DNA of 64,000 nucleotides from an uncultured delta proteobacterium (GCA_963827685.1 CAWHBU010000004.1:1-64000); one strand, 5' to 3'; shown: positions 10,801 through 21,108, numbered from the stretch's first letter. Notes: generated by a model from the letters alone, not told the origin. Translations and numbers: made by a program.

Positions 10801-12039
10801 ATGGAGAGGTTGGTCGGAAAATATATCTTCGACCCTGAAATCAGTGCCGGAAAGATGATTTTCCTCACGGGTCCCCGCCAGGTTGGCAAAACCACTTTTG
10901 CAAAAAACTGGCTTTCTTCTCAAAGGGTTGAGGAGACTTACTTTGACTGGGATGATCCGGCGATCAGGAGTGAGCACAGCCGGAATCCTCTTTATTTCCG
11001 AAATATTATCAACGCTAAGTTTAAGGGCAGACCTGTTCCCATGGTTTTTGATGAGATACACAAGCAGAAAAATTGGAAGAACATTCTCAAAGGAGTTTAC
11101 GATCCCAACAGGGAAAAAGTGCAACTCCTTGTGACAGGGAGTGCCCGCCTCGGGCTTTATCGAAAGTCAGGGGATTCCCTTGTCGGTAGATACTTTTCCT
11201 TTCAGATGTTCCCTCTGGGGCTACCCGAGGCTACGAGTGATTTTTCCTGGGTTCTTGAAGAAGATCGTCCCCTTGTTGACGGCGATTCACTGGTAGAACA
11301 CGCGAGGAAAGTTAATAACAAACACGTCGAAGAAGGCCTTGAGAAGCTCCTGACCTTTGGAGGATTTCCAGAGCCTTTCTTGAAAGCTTCACCAAGGTTC
11401 CATCAGCGATGGATCAAGGAATATAAAACGTTGCTCACAAGGGAAGAGGTTCGGGACCTTTCAAGGATCTCAGACATTAGAGGTCTTGAACACCTGATTG
11501 ACATCCTTCCTTCGAAGGTGGGTTCCCCACTCAGTATCAATTCATTGAGAGAAGACTTGGGATATCATCACAGTACCCTTGTCAATTGGATCAATATCCT
11601 CAAGGAGCTCTATCTGGTATTTACCATCCGCCCGTGGCACAAGAATATCCTCCGTTCGATCAGGAAAGAAGCAAAACTCTTCTTTCTTGACTGGTCCAGC
11701 CTTCCGGATCAGGGGAAGCGTTTCGAAAACCTGATGGCGGTAAGCCTGATCAGGATGGCTGCCAGGTTCACAGAAATGGGTTTGGGAGTTTTTGAGGTCA
11801 TGTATATTCGGGACAAAGAAAAGCGCGAGGTGGACTTCGTCCTGATTAAGGATAATAGACCGATGGCTCTCTTTGAAACAAAGGAAGGAGATTCTGAAAT
11901 CAGTCCATCCGGGAGATATTTTGGGAAAAGGCTCGACATCCCTCTTTACCAGATCGTGCACCGTTGTGGAAGGTGTGAAGCATTTCCGGGCAATTGCTTC
12001 AAAATTCCTGCGTCAAAGTTCCTGATGCTTACCGGATAA
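10801..12039 (+). CDS. AAA_14-type ATPase with DUF4143/PD-(D/E)xK-like C-terminus
   Basis: GPRQVGKTT Walker A, VFDEIHK Walker B, VTGSA, FGGFPEP, FENL, REVDFVL..ETK. Confidence 0.85.
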   Translation: MERLVGKYIFDPEISAGKMIFLTGPRQVGKTTFAKNWLSSQRVEETYFDWDDPAIRSEHSRNPLYFRNIINAKFKGRPVPMVFDEIHKQKNWKNILKGVYDPNREKVQLLVTGSARLGLYRKSGDSLVGRYFSFQMFPLGLPEATSDFSWVLEEDRPLVDGDSLVEHARKVNNKHVEEGLEKLLTFGGFPEPFLKASPRFHQRWIKEYKTLLTREEVRDLSRISDIRGLEHLIDILPSKVGSPLSINSLREDLGYHHSTLVNWINILKELYLVFTIRPWHKNILRSIRKEAKLFFLDWSSLPDQGKRFENLMAVSLIRMAARFTEMGLGVFEVMYIRDKEKREVDFVLIKDNRPMALFETKEGDSEISPSGRYFGKRLDIPLYQIVHRCGRCEAFPGNCFKIPASKFLMLTG

Positions 12040-12142
12040 GTTTAATACCAATAGTCCTCTCGTCCTCCATACGCAGAACTCGATTTTTTCTGAGCCAATC
12101 GGTGAAAAGAAGCGAGGCGGCTGAAAGGTGTCTCTTGGATAC

Positions 12143-12254
12143 TTGACCCATTCGGCGGCGCCAAGCTCCGCCCTTTAGGACGGTGTGTAAGGCGCCGCTC
12201 AGGGTCAACCCTGAGCAGGCCCCAGCATTTATGCTGGGGGGTCGAAGGGTTGAC
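12143..12254. repeat. REP-like palindromic element, copy 1 (TTGAC-bounded)
   Basis: TTGACCCATTCGGCGGCGCCAAGC...GCTCAGGGTCAACCCTGAGC...GTCGAAGGGTTGAC; homologous to 62916-63102. Confidence 0.8.
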
Positions 12255-12278
12255 ATTCGTTGTAGGACAGCGTAATAT
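12250..12278 (+). promoter_or_regulatory. sigma70 promoter of the DUF433/PIN TA pair
   Basis: TTGACA-17 bp-TAATAT; SD GGAGG before ATG 12309. Confidence 0.65.
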
Positions 12279-12308
12279 AATGAATAACAATGCAGAAGGG
12301 AGGTTTTT

Positions 12309-12725
12309 ATGGCAGGCGTTCAGAAAAGCTTACGTCTCCCGGTTGAGACCATGAAGGAAATTGAGCAAATGGCTCAAGAGACAGGGCAGGATTTCTCAAA
12401 CGTGACCAAAGATCTCTTGCAGGAAGCCATTAAGATGAGGCGCTGTCCAGGGATATTATTTGCCGAAGGGACCGGTGGAAGAAGAGCCCGAGTGGCGGGA
12501 ACAGGAATTGAAGTTTGGGAAGTGATTGCCACTTACAAAAGCGTGAAGGGGGATTTCAAAAGGCTGCAAAAAGCCTATCATTGGCTATCCGCGGAGCAGC
12601 TCAAGGCGGCTCTTGGGTATTATAGGATCTATCCCCAGGAAACTGACCGACTCATTGAGCGGAATGAGCAGTGGAATGATGAGAAGGTTCGTGACCGTTA
12701 TCCCTTTATGAGGTCGTCCTCGTGA
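12309..12725 (+). CDS. DUF433-type antitoxin with N-terminal RHH-like segment
   Basis: KSLRLP N-terminus; ARVAGTGIEVWEVI...YHWLSAEQLKAALGYY; overlaps the PIN gene. Confidence 0.8.
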   Translation: MAGVQKSLRLPVETMKEIEQMAQETGQDFSNVTKDLLQEAIKMRRCPGILFAEGTGGRRARVAGTGIEVWEVIATYKSVKGDFKRLQKAYHWLSAEQLKAALGYYRIYPQETDRLIERNEQWNDEKVRDRYPFMRSSS

Positions 12726-13078
12726 AATTTTACCTGGATGAAGACCTCAGCCCTAAGATTGCCGAAATACTTAGAAAAAACGGGATTGACACACTTAGCG
12801 CTCATGACGCTGGGATGTGCGAGGCATCGGATCGAAGGCAACTCGAGTTTGCAGCGACACAGAAAAGATGTTTGGTGACCAGAAATAGGGATGATTTTGT
12901 TAGGCTCACGGTTCAATTCTTCAATGACCAACGTCCCCATTGCGGGGTGCTTGTCGTTCCTTACACTCTGCCTGGGGACCAATTTTCTCGAATAGCCAGC
13001 CTGATTAAGAAATTCTCCTTCCGGCATCGCAAAGGGTTGGCTCCCTATTCAATTGCCTTTCTCCCGATCCGGTCTTAA
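12722..13078 (+). CDS. DUF5615/VapC45-like PIN toxin
   Basis: MKFYLDEDLS..IAEILR..GID, ASD..QLEFA, LVTRNRDDF, HCGVL. Confidence 0.85.
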   Translation: MKFYLDEDLSPKIAEILRKNGIDTLSAHDAGMCEASDRRQLEFAATQKRCLVTRNRDDFVRLTVQFFNDQRPHCGVLVVPYTLPGDQFSRIASLIKKFSFRHRKGLAPYSIAFLPIRS

Positions 13079-13135
13079 TGAGCGGGATCTTTTTCCGGGA
13101 GGCCCCGGACGAGAAGGAGGAGCATTTAAAGCGAA

Positions 13136-14820
13136 ATGGCGAACGAATCACAGAAAATCATTTACACCATGATCGGCGTGAGCAAGTATCACGAAAAAAG
13201 GTCGATTTTGAAGGACATTTCCCTATCTTATTTTTACGGAGCCAAGATCGGCGTGATCGGTCTCAACGGCTCCGGGAAGAGTTCTCTCCTGCGCATCATG
13301 GCCGATGTCGATAAAGAATTCAACGGACAGACGATCCTCACGCCCGGTTTCACCATCGGCTTTCTTGAACAAGAGCCAAACTCAACGAGACCAAGAGGGT
13401 GCAGGAGGTGGTGGAAGAGGGGGTTCAGGAGATGGTCGACCTTCTAAAAGAATTCAACCGGATCAGCGAGAGGTTCTCCGAGCCCCTTTCGGAAGAGGAG
13501 ATGAATCGCCTCATCGAGCGACAGGGTGAAGTACAGGGGAAACTCGATGCCCTCGATGCCTGGGACCTCGATTCACGCCTCGAAATGGCCATGGATGCCC
13601 TCCGTTGCCCTCCAGGCGATACACCGGTGAAGGTGCTTTCGGGTGGAGAGAGGAGGCGCGTGGCCCTGTGCCGGCTTCTGCTGCGAAAGCCCGACATCCT
13701 GCTTCTGGATGAGCCGACCAACCATCTCGATGCGGAGACCGTGGCGTGGCTTGAACAGCATCTGAAGCGATACGACGGAACGGTCATCGCTGTGACTCAT
13801 GACCGCTACTTTCTTGACAATGTTGCCGGATGGATTCTGGAGCTCGACCGGGGGGAAGGCATTCCGTGGAAAGGAAACTACTCTTCATGGCTTGAGCAGA
13901 AAGAGAATCGCCTCAGGCTGGAGGAAAAGGCGGAGAGCGAGCGTCGGAAGACGCTGCAGCGGGAGCTGGAGTGGATCCGGATGTCGCCAAAAGGAAGACA
14001 TGCGAAATCGAAAGCCCGAATCACCTCTTACGAAACCCTCCTTACAGACGAGAGTGAAAAGGTGGCGAAGGAGCTCGAAATCTATATTCCTCCTGGACCA
14101 CGGCTCGGAGGCGTCGTGATTGAAAGCCGTGGCGTCACCAAGGCATATGGGGATCGGATTCTGATGGAGAATCTCTCCTTTTCGCTTCCACCCGGCGGGA
14201 TCGTCGGGATTATCGGTCCGAACGGTGCAGGCAAGACCACGCTCTTGCGATTGATTACAGGACAGGAAAACCCGGATTCCGGAACGATACGAATGGGCGA
14301 AACGGTCAAAATGGCTTACGTCGACCAGAGCCGCGACATCCTCGATCCGGAGAAGACCATCTGGGAGGTGATCTCCGAAAAACAGGATACCATCCAGCTT
14401 GGCAGCAGACAGATCAATTCAAGGGCCTATGTGGCCCGCTTCAATTTCTCGGGCGCCGATCAGCAGAGGAAGGTTGGGGTCCTTTCTGGGGGAGAGAGAA
14501 ACCGCGTCCACCTCGCACGAATGCTCAAGGAAGGAGCGAACGTCCTTCTTCTGGACGAGCCGACAAATGACCTGGATGTGAATACCCTGAGGGCACTGGA
14601 GCAGGCCCTCGAAAACTTTGCGGGCTCCGTGGTGGTGGTCAGCCATGACCGGTGGTTCCTCGATCGTATCGCCACCCATATTCTGGCCTTTGAAGGTGAG
14701 AGCAACATTGTCTCGTTCGAAGGAAACTATTCCGAGTACGAGGCCGACCGAAAGAGTCGTCTTGGAGTTGCGGCGGATCAGCCCCACCGGATCAAATACC
14801 GGCAGTTGACAAGAAATTAG
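13136..14820 (+). pseudogene. ettA: Energy-dependent translational throttle ABC-F protein EttA, frameshifted near 13378-13380
   Basis: IIYTMIGVSK..ILKDISLSYFYGAKIGVIGLNGSGKS continues in another frame with LSGGERRRVALCRLL...HRIKYRQL; adding one A to CCAAACTC restores EQEPKLNETKRVQEVV. Confidence 0.85.
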
Positions 14821-15038
14821 AAAGCAAGGCGCTCATCCGGGATAAAGCAATCTCCCCCCTTTTTTGAAGCCCAATTTTGTTTTTCCAAAACTCCAGCAGG
14901 TTTCTAAAATCCTTGAGGGATCGGCCAAAGACCTATCAATTTCTTAAAGTGTAATTTTTCGAGAATGTCCCCGGGGTGGCCTCAAAACTTCTCTTACTAA
15001 TGAGTCCATAATTGATTAGACATATTCTTCCAAAAATA

Positions 15039-15132
15039 TCCCCTCCCCACGGTGGGAGGGGACGAAGGGGAGGGGGGACCAAAAAGGTCTTCGTCTTGTC
15101 CACCCCCGCCCTCCCCCATCAAAGGGGGAGGG
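15039..15132. repeat. G/C-tract REP-like palindromes
   Basis: CCCCTCCCCCACGGTGGGAGGGG and CCCTCCCCCATCAAAGGGGGAGGG hairpins; a similar style of element lies at 49285-49382. Confidence 0.65.
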
Positions 15133-15259
15133 TATTATTGGGGAGATTTGAAAATATTCTTTGTTAATCTTTCACGTCCATACAATTTTGGACTGATTAG
15201 TAAGTTGTATTAGAATCCACGTTCGCCTCCTTCCCGTCCCCGGCCCTGAACATTCAGTT

Positions 15260-16315
15260 TTGATCTCTGCGCTCTGCAATTTTAATGATGCGGCTGAGTC
15301 CGTAGGCTACTGTTCGGCTGAGGGGGGGTACCTCTTACCGACTTATACTATTGACGAAATATTAAAAGAGTACGAGGTTATTTTCGGAAAGGCTCTTCGT
15401 GATCCGAGTAATCTAGTTGAGGACTTGGCACATCCTGACGGCACTCCATACGTACGTAAAGACCCATACGGGCCGGAAGAACCTGGAATTGAGAGTATTA
15501 AATCATGGGATGATTTTTGTGAGTTTGTTAAGGGGCAACGGCGGTTTACAGCACTCATGCCAACTGGGGATCAACCCTTTCCCGAGGAGAATCACTTCGA
15601 TTTTTTGAATCAACTCGCAGACAGGCTGAATGATAGATTGCTCATAGAACTTAGTCCAGGGACGAAAATATACAGGGCTAGGTTAGAACAAAAAGGGACG
15701 ATATTCAAACACAAAGATTTGACGAGCCCTCCCATAGAGAAAACAAGAAACAGTCGTATGAGTCCAGCCGGCATCTCTCTTTTTTATGGAGGATTAGATG
15801 TGGAAACTTGTATATGTGAAGTCCGTCCGAATGTTGGCGAAAAAGTAATAGTTGCAGAATTCCAGGTCTTAAAAACACTGAAGATATTGAACCTCTCGGC
15901 CAGAGAATTAGAGGAACAGCCACTGAGTATTTTTGACGAAAAATACTCGTTCGAGTATGAGGAGTATTTCAAGCCGTTCATCAATTACTTTGTACGCGAT
16001 ATATCAAGACCCATTCGGCCAAATGATGCGGCTGTAGACTATACACCCACACAGGTTTTTACAGAATTCATGAGGATCAGAAAGTTCCGGGACTTAATTG
16101 AGGTGATCACTAATAATACCGGAGAAACTTATAATATAACTGGCCTATTGTACAATAGCTTTTTGAATAAAGACGGCGTGAATATCGTATTATTCAGAGG
16201 TCCCGACATTTCAACTGATCAACCGGGTCAGAATCCGAGCGCTTGGCTTTCATACCAGGGTTTTAGTACTTATGAAGCCAAGGAATTGAAGCTGACTTAC
16301 GAGAAATTGACTTAG
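15260..16315 (+). CDS. RES-domain protein (HEPN-associated-NTD/RES type), probably N-terminally truncated
   Basis: IYRAR, SPP...NSRMSPAGISLFYG..D.ETCICEVR, DYTPTQVFTEF, GLLYNS...NIVLF; weak TTG start with no clear SD. Confidence 0.7.
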   Translation: MISALCNFNDAAESVGYCSAEGGYLLPTYTIDEILKEYEVIFGKALRDPSNLVEDLAHPDGTPYVRKDPYGPEEPGIESIKSWDDFCEFVKGQRRFTALMPTGDQPFPEENHFDFLNQLADRLNDRLLIELSPGTKIYRARLEQKGTIFKHKDLTSPPIEKTRNSRMSPAGISLFYGGLDVETCICEVRPNVGEKVIVAEFQVLKTLKILNLSARELEEQPLSIFDEKYSFEYEEYFKPFINYFVRDISRPIRPNDAAVDYTPTQVFTEFMRIRKFRDLIEVITNNTGETYNITGLLYNSFLNKDGVNIVLFRGPDISTDQPGQNPSAWLSYQGFSTYEAKELKLTYEKLT

Positions 16316-16433
16316 TAGGGGGCCGCGGTATCAGGTGCACATTTCTAGGAGAAATATGAGTGGACAAATATAGTTGGCGTTGGAACCGTCATTTTATGTA
16401 TCCAGAGAGGTTCACATTAAAAGAGGTAAACAA

Positions 16434-17591
16434 ATGAGCTTGACAGAATTATGGCTAAAGAATCCTTCTCAGATAAAAGAAAAGCACATCCAGCAGATTA
16501 TAGCTTTTTCTGGAGAAGGGCAGTTGAAAGATGGTAGTAGTACCTCGCTTGAATTTAGAAATTTCCTTGGCCATATCCCTTCAAATCTAATCTATAAATA
16601 CGCTGGGGAATGCCTAATGGAATCGTTTCCGGGATCAGGATTAGCACTCCAGGACATCGTAAATCAGATTGGTAGTCGACTGGGTTTTGCCGTAACTGAT
16701 GGACGCTATAGGGGGTCGACTAAGGCAGTGGGGTTTGATGGCTTATGGAAGTCTAAGGACGGTCATTATATATTGATCGAGGTCAAAACGACAGACACAT
16801 ATCGAATCGATCTCGGTACAATTGTTGGCTATAGAAACTCTCTTCAGGAGAGTAATGAAATTGATGCAGAAAAGTCTACTGTGCTGATTGTTGTAGGGAG
16901 AATGGAAACCGGGGACCTTGAAGCTCAGGTAAGAGGATCAAGACATGCTTGGGATATTCGGCTAATAAGCGTCGATGCTTTGTTAAGTCTGATGAAGATC
17001 AAGGAGGAGATTGAAGATCCGAATATTGTTAAACGGATTCATGAGATACTGATTCCAAGGGAATTTACGAAACTGGACGGCATAATTGATCTGTTATTTT
17101 CTACCGCTGAAGATATTAAACAAGAGGTATTTGTTGACGAAGGAGAGGGAGATGAAAAGAAGCCAAAATTTACTCCTGTTTCTTTTCATGAGGCATGCGT
17201 TAAAAGGCTTGAGCAGCATCTTAAGACGCCCCTTTTAAGACAATCTCAGGCTTCTTACTACTCTTCCAAGAGGGATATCGGAATAGTTTGCAGCATATCA
17301 AGAGAACGTAAAATTGGTGTGCGAGGAACGTATTGGTTTGCTTTTCATCCACATCAAAGGGATTATTTACAAGGATTTGAAAGAGCATTTGTCGCATTTG
17401 GATGCGGATCTGAAAACCAAATTATTCAGATACCGTTCAATGAATTTAAGACATGGGTAGATGGGTTTAATATTACAGAAAAAGAGGATCGGCTTTATTG
17501 GCATATTCATATATCAAAGGAAGAAAATAGGTTTCTTCTTCATAGAAAAAAAGGCCATTCAAATATTGACATATCGAAGTATCTTATCTAA
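16434..17591 (+). CDS. Putative PD-(D/E)xK restriction-endonuclease-like protein
   Basis: LQDIVN...GFDGLW.SKDGHYILIEVKTT core; SD AGAGG before ATG 16434; AT-rich. Confidence 0.65.
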   Translation: MSLTELWLKNPSQIKEKHIQQIIAFSGEGQLKDGSSTSLEFRNFLGHIPSNLIYKYAGECLMESFPGSGLALQDIVNQIGSRLGFAVTDGRYRGSTKAVGFDGLWKSKDGHYILIEVKTTDTYRIDLGTIVGYRNSLQESNEIDAEKSTVLIVVGRMETGDLEAQVRGSRHAWDIRLISVDALLSLMKIKEEIEDPNIVKRIHEILIPREFTKLDGIIDLLFSTAEDIKQEVFVDEGEGDEKKPKFTPVSFHEACVKRLEQHLKTPLLRQSQASYYSSKRDIGIVCSISRERKIGVRGTYWFAFHPHQRDYLQGFERAFVAFGCGSENQIIQIPFNEFKTWVDGFNITEKEDRLYWHIHISKEENRFLLHRKKGHSNIDISKYLI

Positions 17592-17830
17592 TGGCCATGA
17601 GCGGGACGTTGGTGACTAGGTTGCTGGCTTTATAGATTGTCCGGGGAGGCATCCATAGAATTATAAGAATCTTAAAAGGGATTTAGGTCATCCATAAAAA
17701 AGTTGGGCCACTATTAATTAAACAGATAAATCCAGGAGGGGAGCATAGAGAGATTGTTCACGCGTCGCGGATCAAGGGCTTTGGTGTCAGGTCTGCACTC
17801 TTCAGGGATTGTGGCAGGACCACCGGGTTG

Positions 17831-18090
17831 TCCTTAAGTTATTTAGGTAACCCTAATAAGGCTTCTTTAATTCTTGGGGCGCTCGCTGGTCAGGGTGGCA
17901 ATATTGCAATTTAGGGAGCGGCTTCTCATAACTTCTTCTTCTCTCCGCTAAATCCAAATCCTTTTTAATCCTTACCTGTAACCGCTTCGCCGCTGAACTT
18001 AATCATTGTCATATTCCGGCCCGTCACCTACCCCAACTCTCTGAGCGTGGAACTTCCCAACTCCAAAATCACCCATCCTCCCATCCCACT
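17831..18090 (-). mobile_element. Remnant resembling the 3' end of a Y1/RAYT-type transposase gene plus flank, copy 1
   Basis: Minus strand reads GMGGWVILELGSSTLRELG*VTGR...LSSAAKRLQVRIKKDLDLAER; shared with 19915-20138 and 20991-21108. Confidence 0.55.
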
Positions 18091-18262
18091 GGGTCCCAAC
18101 AATCCCCGAGTTCTACCCGATCCTTCCAATTCGGTACTGTCCTAATTTGAAATTTAAAGATTTTAAATTCAAGTCATTTTGTGACTTGAGTTTGGGAAGA
18201 TAAGATTGATCATGAACAATAAATAACGTTGGTTCTAAAACAACCTGCAAGGTCCTGCCCGG

Positions 18263-19180
18263 TTATTGGCGCCATGGGCCCGGTGCCCTCCAGGTTGCTT
18301 TGAAAACGTGGCCTGCTGCCAGACGTTGCGCAATTGGTCTGAGAAAGGCAGCGATGCCCGTGACCACTTCGACGAGGTTCTGCGGAACATCTACCAGTCG
18401 GCTTTTACGGACGAACCCACGCCATTGAGCAGCTTTTGTAGGATCCCCGGCAAAGTTGTTCGTTAAGGCAACGGGGTCAGGCTGAATGGTTGTTCCTCGT
18501 GTGGAAAAGGTCTTCGAGATGGCTTTTGCCAGTGTGGCGCCATCGAAGTTAAACTGGCGCGACATGAGCCATATATCAAAGAAGTCTTTCATCCGGCTGT
18601 TCAAGATGCCAAACTTTACCATCGATTCAAACTTCTCGGCGATAGTGCTTTCCCTGCTGTAACCACGAATTCGTGGAGCTGGGAAATCGAGAAGTGTCGG
18701 ATAATTCGTAGGTTCGGGCGAGGGGATGACTATGTCGCCAAAGCCAATATCAAGTTGCATCACGATTTGCGCAGTTTCTAATGACCCCCAAAACCGGACG
18801 CGTATTCCTTCGTACTCGGCGTCCTCCACGATGCGCTCTGCTTCGATCGTTGCTATATCGAAATCAATACCATCGGGCTCCACTTTCTGAAGGCATATTT
18901 CTCTTGTTACCTCAACCATGGTTTCGACCCTGTTGTCGATTCGACCGAGCAGGTCAATGTCCATCGTTGGGCGCGTAAACGGTGCCTCCCATACGGTTAA
19001 CATCAAAGCACCTTTAAGAACGAAGTTGCCGGCATAGCGGGACTTGGATAATCGATAGAGAAAACGTTCCATCGCGAAGTATTGAAGTAGTTCGCTGAAA
19101 GGTCGCCCTCTCTCCCTGGCCTTGCTTAGCAGACGCTGGTGTACAGAAGCGGCGATATTCCTGGGGGGACGTTTCGTCAC
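18263..19180 (-). CDS. abiEii: Type IV TA toxin, AbiEii nucleotidyltransferase
   Basis: ERFLYRLS, FVLKGALML, RPTMDIDLL, AEKF, NSRMKDFFDI. Confidence 0.9.
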   Translation of the reverse strand: MTKRPPRNIAASVHQRLLSKARERGRPFSELLQYFAMERFLYRLSKSRYAGNFVLKGALMLTVWEAPFTRPTMDIDLLGRIDNRVETMVEVTREICLQKVEPDGIDFDIATIEAERIVEDAEYEGIRVRFWGSLETAQIVMQLDIGFGDIVIPSPEPTNYPTLLDFPAPRIRGYSRESTIAEKFESMVKFGILNSRMKDFFDIWLMSRQFNFDGATLAKAISKTFSTRGTTIQPDPVALTNNFAGDPTKAAQWRGFVRKSRLVDVPQNLVEVVTGIAAFLRPIAQRLAAGHVFKATWRAPGPWRQ

Positions 19181-19791
19181 AGCAGTGCCTCAAGGTAAGG
19201 CCGGATCACCTTCTCAACCCGGCACACTCGCGCGATTTGCACGAGACCTTCGGGTTTAAACCGCTTCTTTTCACGGTAAAGCTTAAGTGCTTCGATAGCC
19301 GTATCGAGGCCGATTTTATTTCGATATTTGAAGCAGTCGATGATTGTTTTTTCCGAGCTATAGATGCGTACTGGAACGCCATCTATTTTATGTGTTTGGA
19401 CTCCAAGGGTGAATGCCTGTCCTGAAAACCAGAAGACCCGAATAGGGGGATGACCCAGACGAGGAGTCTCGGTTCCACGCTCCAGAGCGACGTAGACCTC
19501 ATGGGGGACTTGAGTGGTGATCTCATGGTATGCAAGGGCAGAAATAAGACAAATGACACCGCTCGATATCTTCAGGGAGACCGACACGAGGTCCGGATTA
19601 CCGAGTGGAGGCAGATCGGTAAGCCGATAGAGACCTCGATTAAGTTGTTCTATAAGGCCAACTTCCAGCATGGAGTAAAGCATTCGACGGTGAATGCCAG
19701 CTTGAAGGGCTTCGCTCATTCTCAGTACGCCGCCATGACTCCGAAATGTTTTTCTTGCTTTTTCAAACCCATCCTGACTTTTCATCTTCAT
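19177..19791 (-). CDS. abiEi: Type IV TA antitoxin AbiEi
   Basis: RGLYRL, GVICLISALAYHEITTQVP, YSSEKTIIDCFKYRNKIGLD; overlaps abiEii; ATG 19791 follows GAGG. Confidence 0.9.
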   Translation of the reverse strand: MKMKSQDGFEKARKTFRSHGGVLRMSEALQAGIHRRMLYSMLEVGLIEQLNRGLYRLTDLPPLGNPDLVSVSLKISSGVICLISALAYHEITTQVPHEVYVALERGTETPRLGHPPIRVFWFSGQAFTLGVQTHKIDGVPVRIYSSEKTIIDCFKYRNKIGLDTAIEALKLYREKKRFKPEGLVQIARVCRVEKVIRPYLEALL

Positions 19792-19841
19792 CGAACCTCT
19801 CTCATGATACAAATTACTGACACTTGTATATATTTGCAGGT

Positions 19842-19870
19842 ATTATGTCTCAACTCTAGCTAATTGTCAA
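19842..19870 (-). promoter_or_regulatory. sigma70 promoter of the abiE operon
   Basis: Minus strand TTGACA-17 bp-CATAAT. Confidence 0.7.
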
Positions 19871-19914
19871 TGAAAAGCGAGGTTTCGTTCATATTAAGCT
19901 TTAGGGAGAACAAT

Positions 19915-20138
19915 GGGGACATCCTTAAGTTATTCAAGTAACCTTGATGAGACTTCTTAAATTTGTGATGGGCAGTCTCGGGGTAGGCTTGCATTATTCC
20001 AATTCAGGAAAGAATTTCTAACGACTTCCTCGTTCTCTCCGCTAAATCCAAGTTTTTTTGTGCCCTTATCTGTAACCGCCTCGTTGCTGAACTTAATGTC
20101 GTAACATCACGTTCTGTCCGGTTGCTCAGTTGCTCAAG
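19915..20138 (-). mobile_element. Y1/RAYT-like transposase 3'-end remnant, copy 2
   Basis: Minus strand reads LEQLSNRTERDVTTLSSATRRLQIRAQK..DLAER...IGIMQAYP; on + begins GGGGACATCCTTAAGTTATT. Confidence 0.55.
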
Positions 20139-20253
20139 GGGAATAAAGTGTTTTAATTGCCCCGCTACCACACGAAAAAGAAATCGTCATTATCTCCGCA
20201 GGCTCTTCGCATCTGGGGGATGTAATCCGGATACCCCAGGAGATAAAAACTCC

Positions 20254-20282
20254 TTGCTCCCGTGATGGGATCATATTATAAT
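20254..20282 (+). promoter_or_regulatory. higBA promoter with operator palindrome
   Basis: TTGCTC-17 bp-TATAAT containing TCCC-GTGAT-GGGA; ATG 5 nt after the -10. Confidence 0.7.
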
Positions 20283-20287
20283 GTTTT

Positions 20288-20581
20288 ATGCGCATCATCT
20301 CCCGGAAGACCCTTAAAGAATTTTGGGACCAACATCCGGATGCGCAACAACCTTTGCAGGCCTGGTATCATGATACCAAACATGCCTTATGGAAGTCTCC
20401 GACGGATATTAAAGAAGTCTATCGCAATGCCAGTTTTATCGCAAAGAACCGAGTTGTTTTCAATATCAAGGGAAACAAATATAGACTGATCGTAGCAATA
20501 CAGTATGAGTACGGCATCGTGTATATCCGTTTTGTGGGTACACATCGGGAATACGACCGCATAGACGCATCTACGATTTAA
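20288..20581 (+). CDS. higB: HigB-family mRNA interferase toxin
   Basis: MRIISRKTLKEFW..HPDA, RVVFNIKGNKYRLI, YIRFVGTH.EYD. Confidence 0.92.
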   Translation: MRIISRKTLKEFWDQHPDAQQPLQAWYHDTKHALWKSPTDIKEVYRNASFIAKNRVVFNIKGNKYRLIVAIQYEYGIVYIRFVGTHREYDRIDASTI

Positions 20582-20596
20582 TCGGAGGGATTCACC

Positions 20597-20974
20597 ATGA
20601 GAATCAAACCTGTAAAAACAGAGGCAGATTATCATACGGCTCTTAAAGAAATCGAGCGCATCTTTGATGCCGCTCCCGGAACACGGGAAGGAGACCGACT
20701 GGAGGTATTAACAACCCTTGTCGAAGCCTATGAAGAGAAACACGTCCGTATTCCATTGCCCGATCCAATTGAGGCGATCTTGTATTACATCGAGACCAGG
20801 GGACTTACCCGCCGCGATCTTGAACGTTACGTTGGTAGCCGTGCCAGGGTGTCGGAAGTTCTGAACAGGAAAAGGCCCCTGACCATGGAGATGATCCGCA
20901 ATCTCCATAAAGGACTCGGTATACCCGCAGAGGTTTTAATACAGCCGTACCGCACTTTCAAGGACGCTGCTTGA
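20597..20974 (+). CDS. higA: HigA HTH antitoxin
   Basis: IKPVKTEADY..AL, LEVL.TLVEAYE, PDPIEAI, SRARVSEVLNRKRPLT. Confidence 0.92.
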   Translation: MRIKPVKTEADYHTALKEIERIFDAAPGTREGDRLEVLTTLVEAYEEKHVRIPLPDPIEAILYYIETRGLTRRDLERYVGSRARVSEVLNRKRPLTMEMIRNLHKGLGIPAEVLIQPYRTFKDAA

Positions 20975-20990
20975 TTCAAAAACAGCTTCC

Positions 20991-21108
20991 GGGGCAGGTC
21001 TGCAATACTGCAATTCAGGGAAGGGCTTCTAGTAACTTCTTCATTCTCTCCGCTAAATCCAAGTTTTTTTGTGCCCTTATCTGTAACCGCCTCGCTGCTG
21101 AACTTAAT
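20991..21108 (-). mobile_element. Y1/RAYT-like transposase 3'-end remnant, copy 3
   Basis: GGGGCAGGTCTGCAATACTGCAATT...TTCTCTCCGCTAAATCCAAG...CTGTAACCGC...GCTGAACTTAAT, close to copy 2. Confidence 0.55.

Noticed and set aside
12029-12290. Short ORFs 12029..12256, 12042..12290, 20971..21264 and 25554..25874
   Set aside because: They are translations of repeat elements or transposase remnants, with no independent support.
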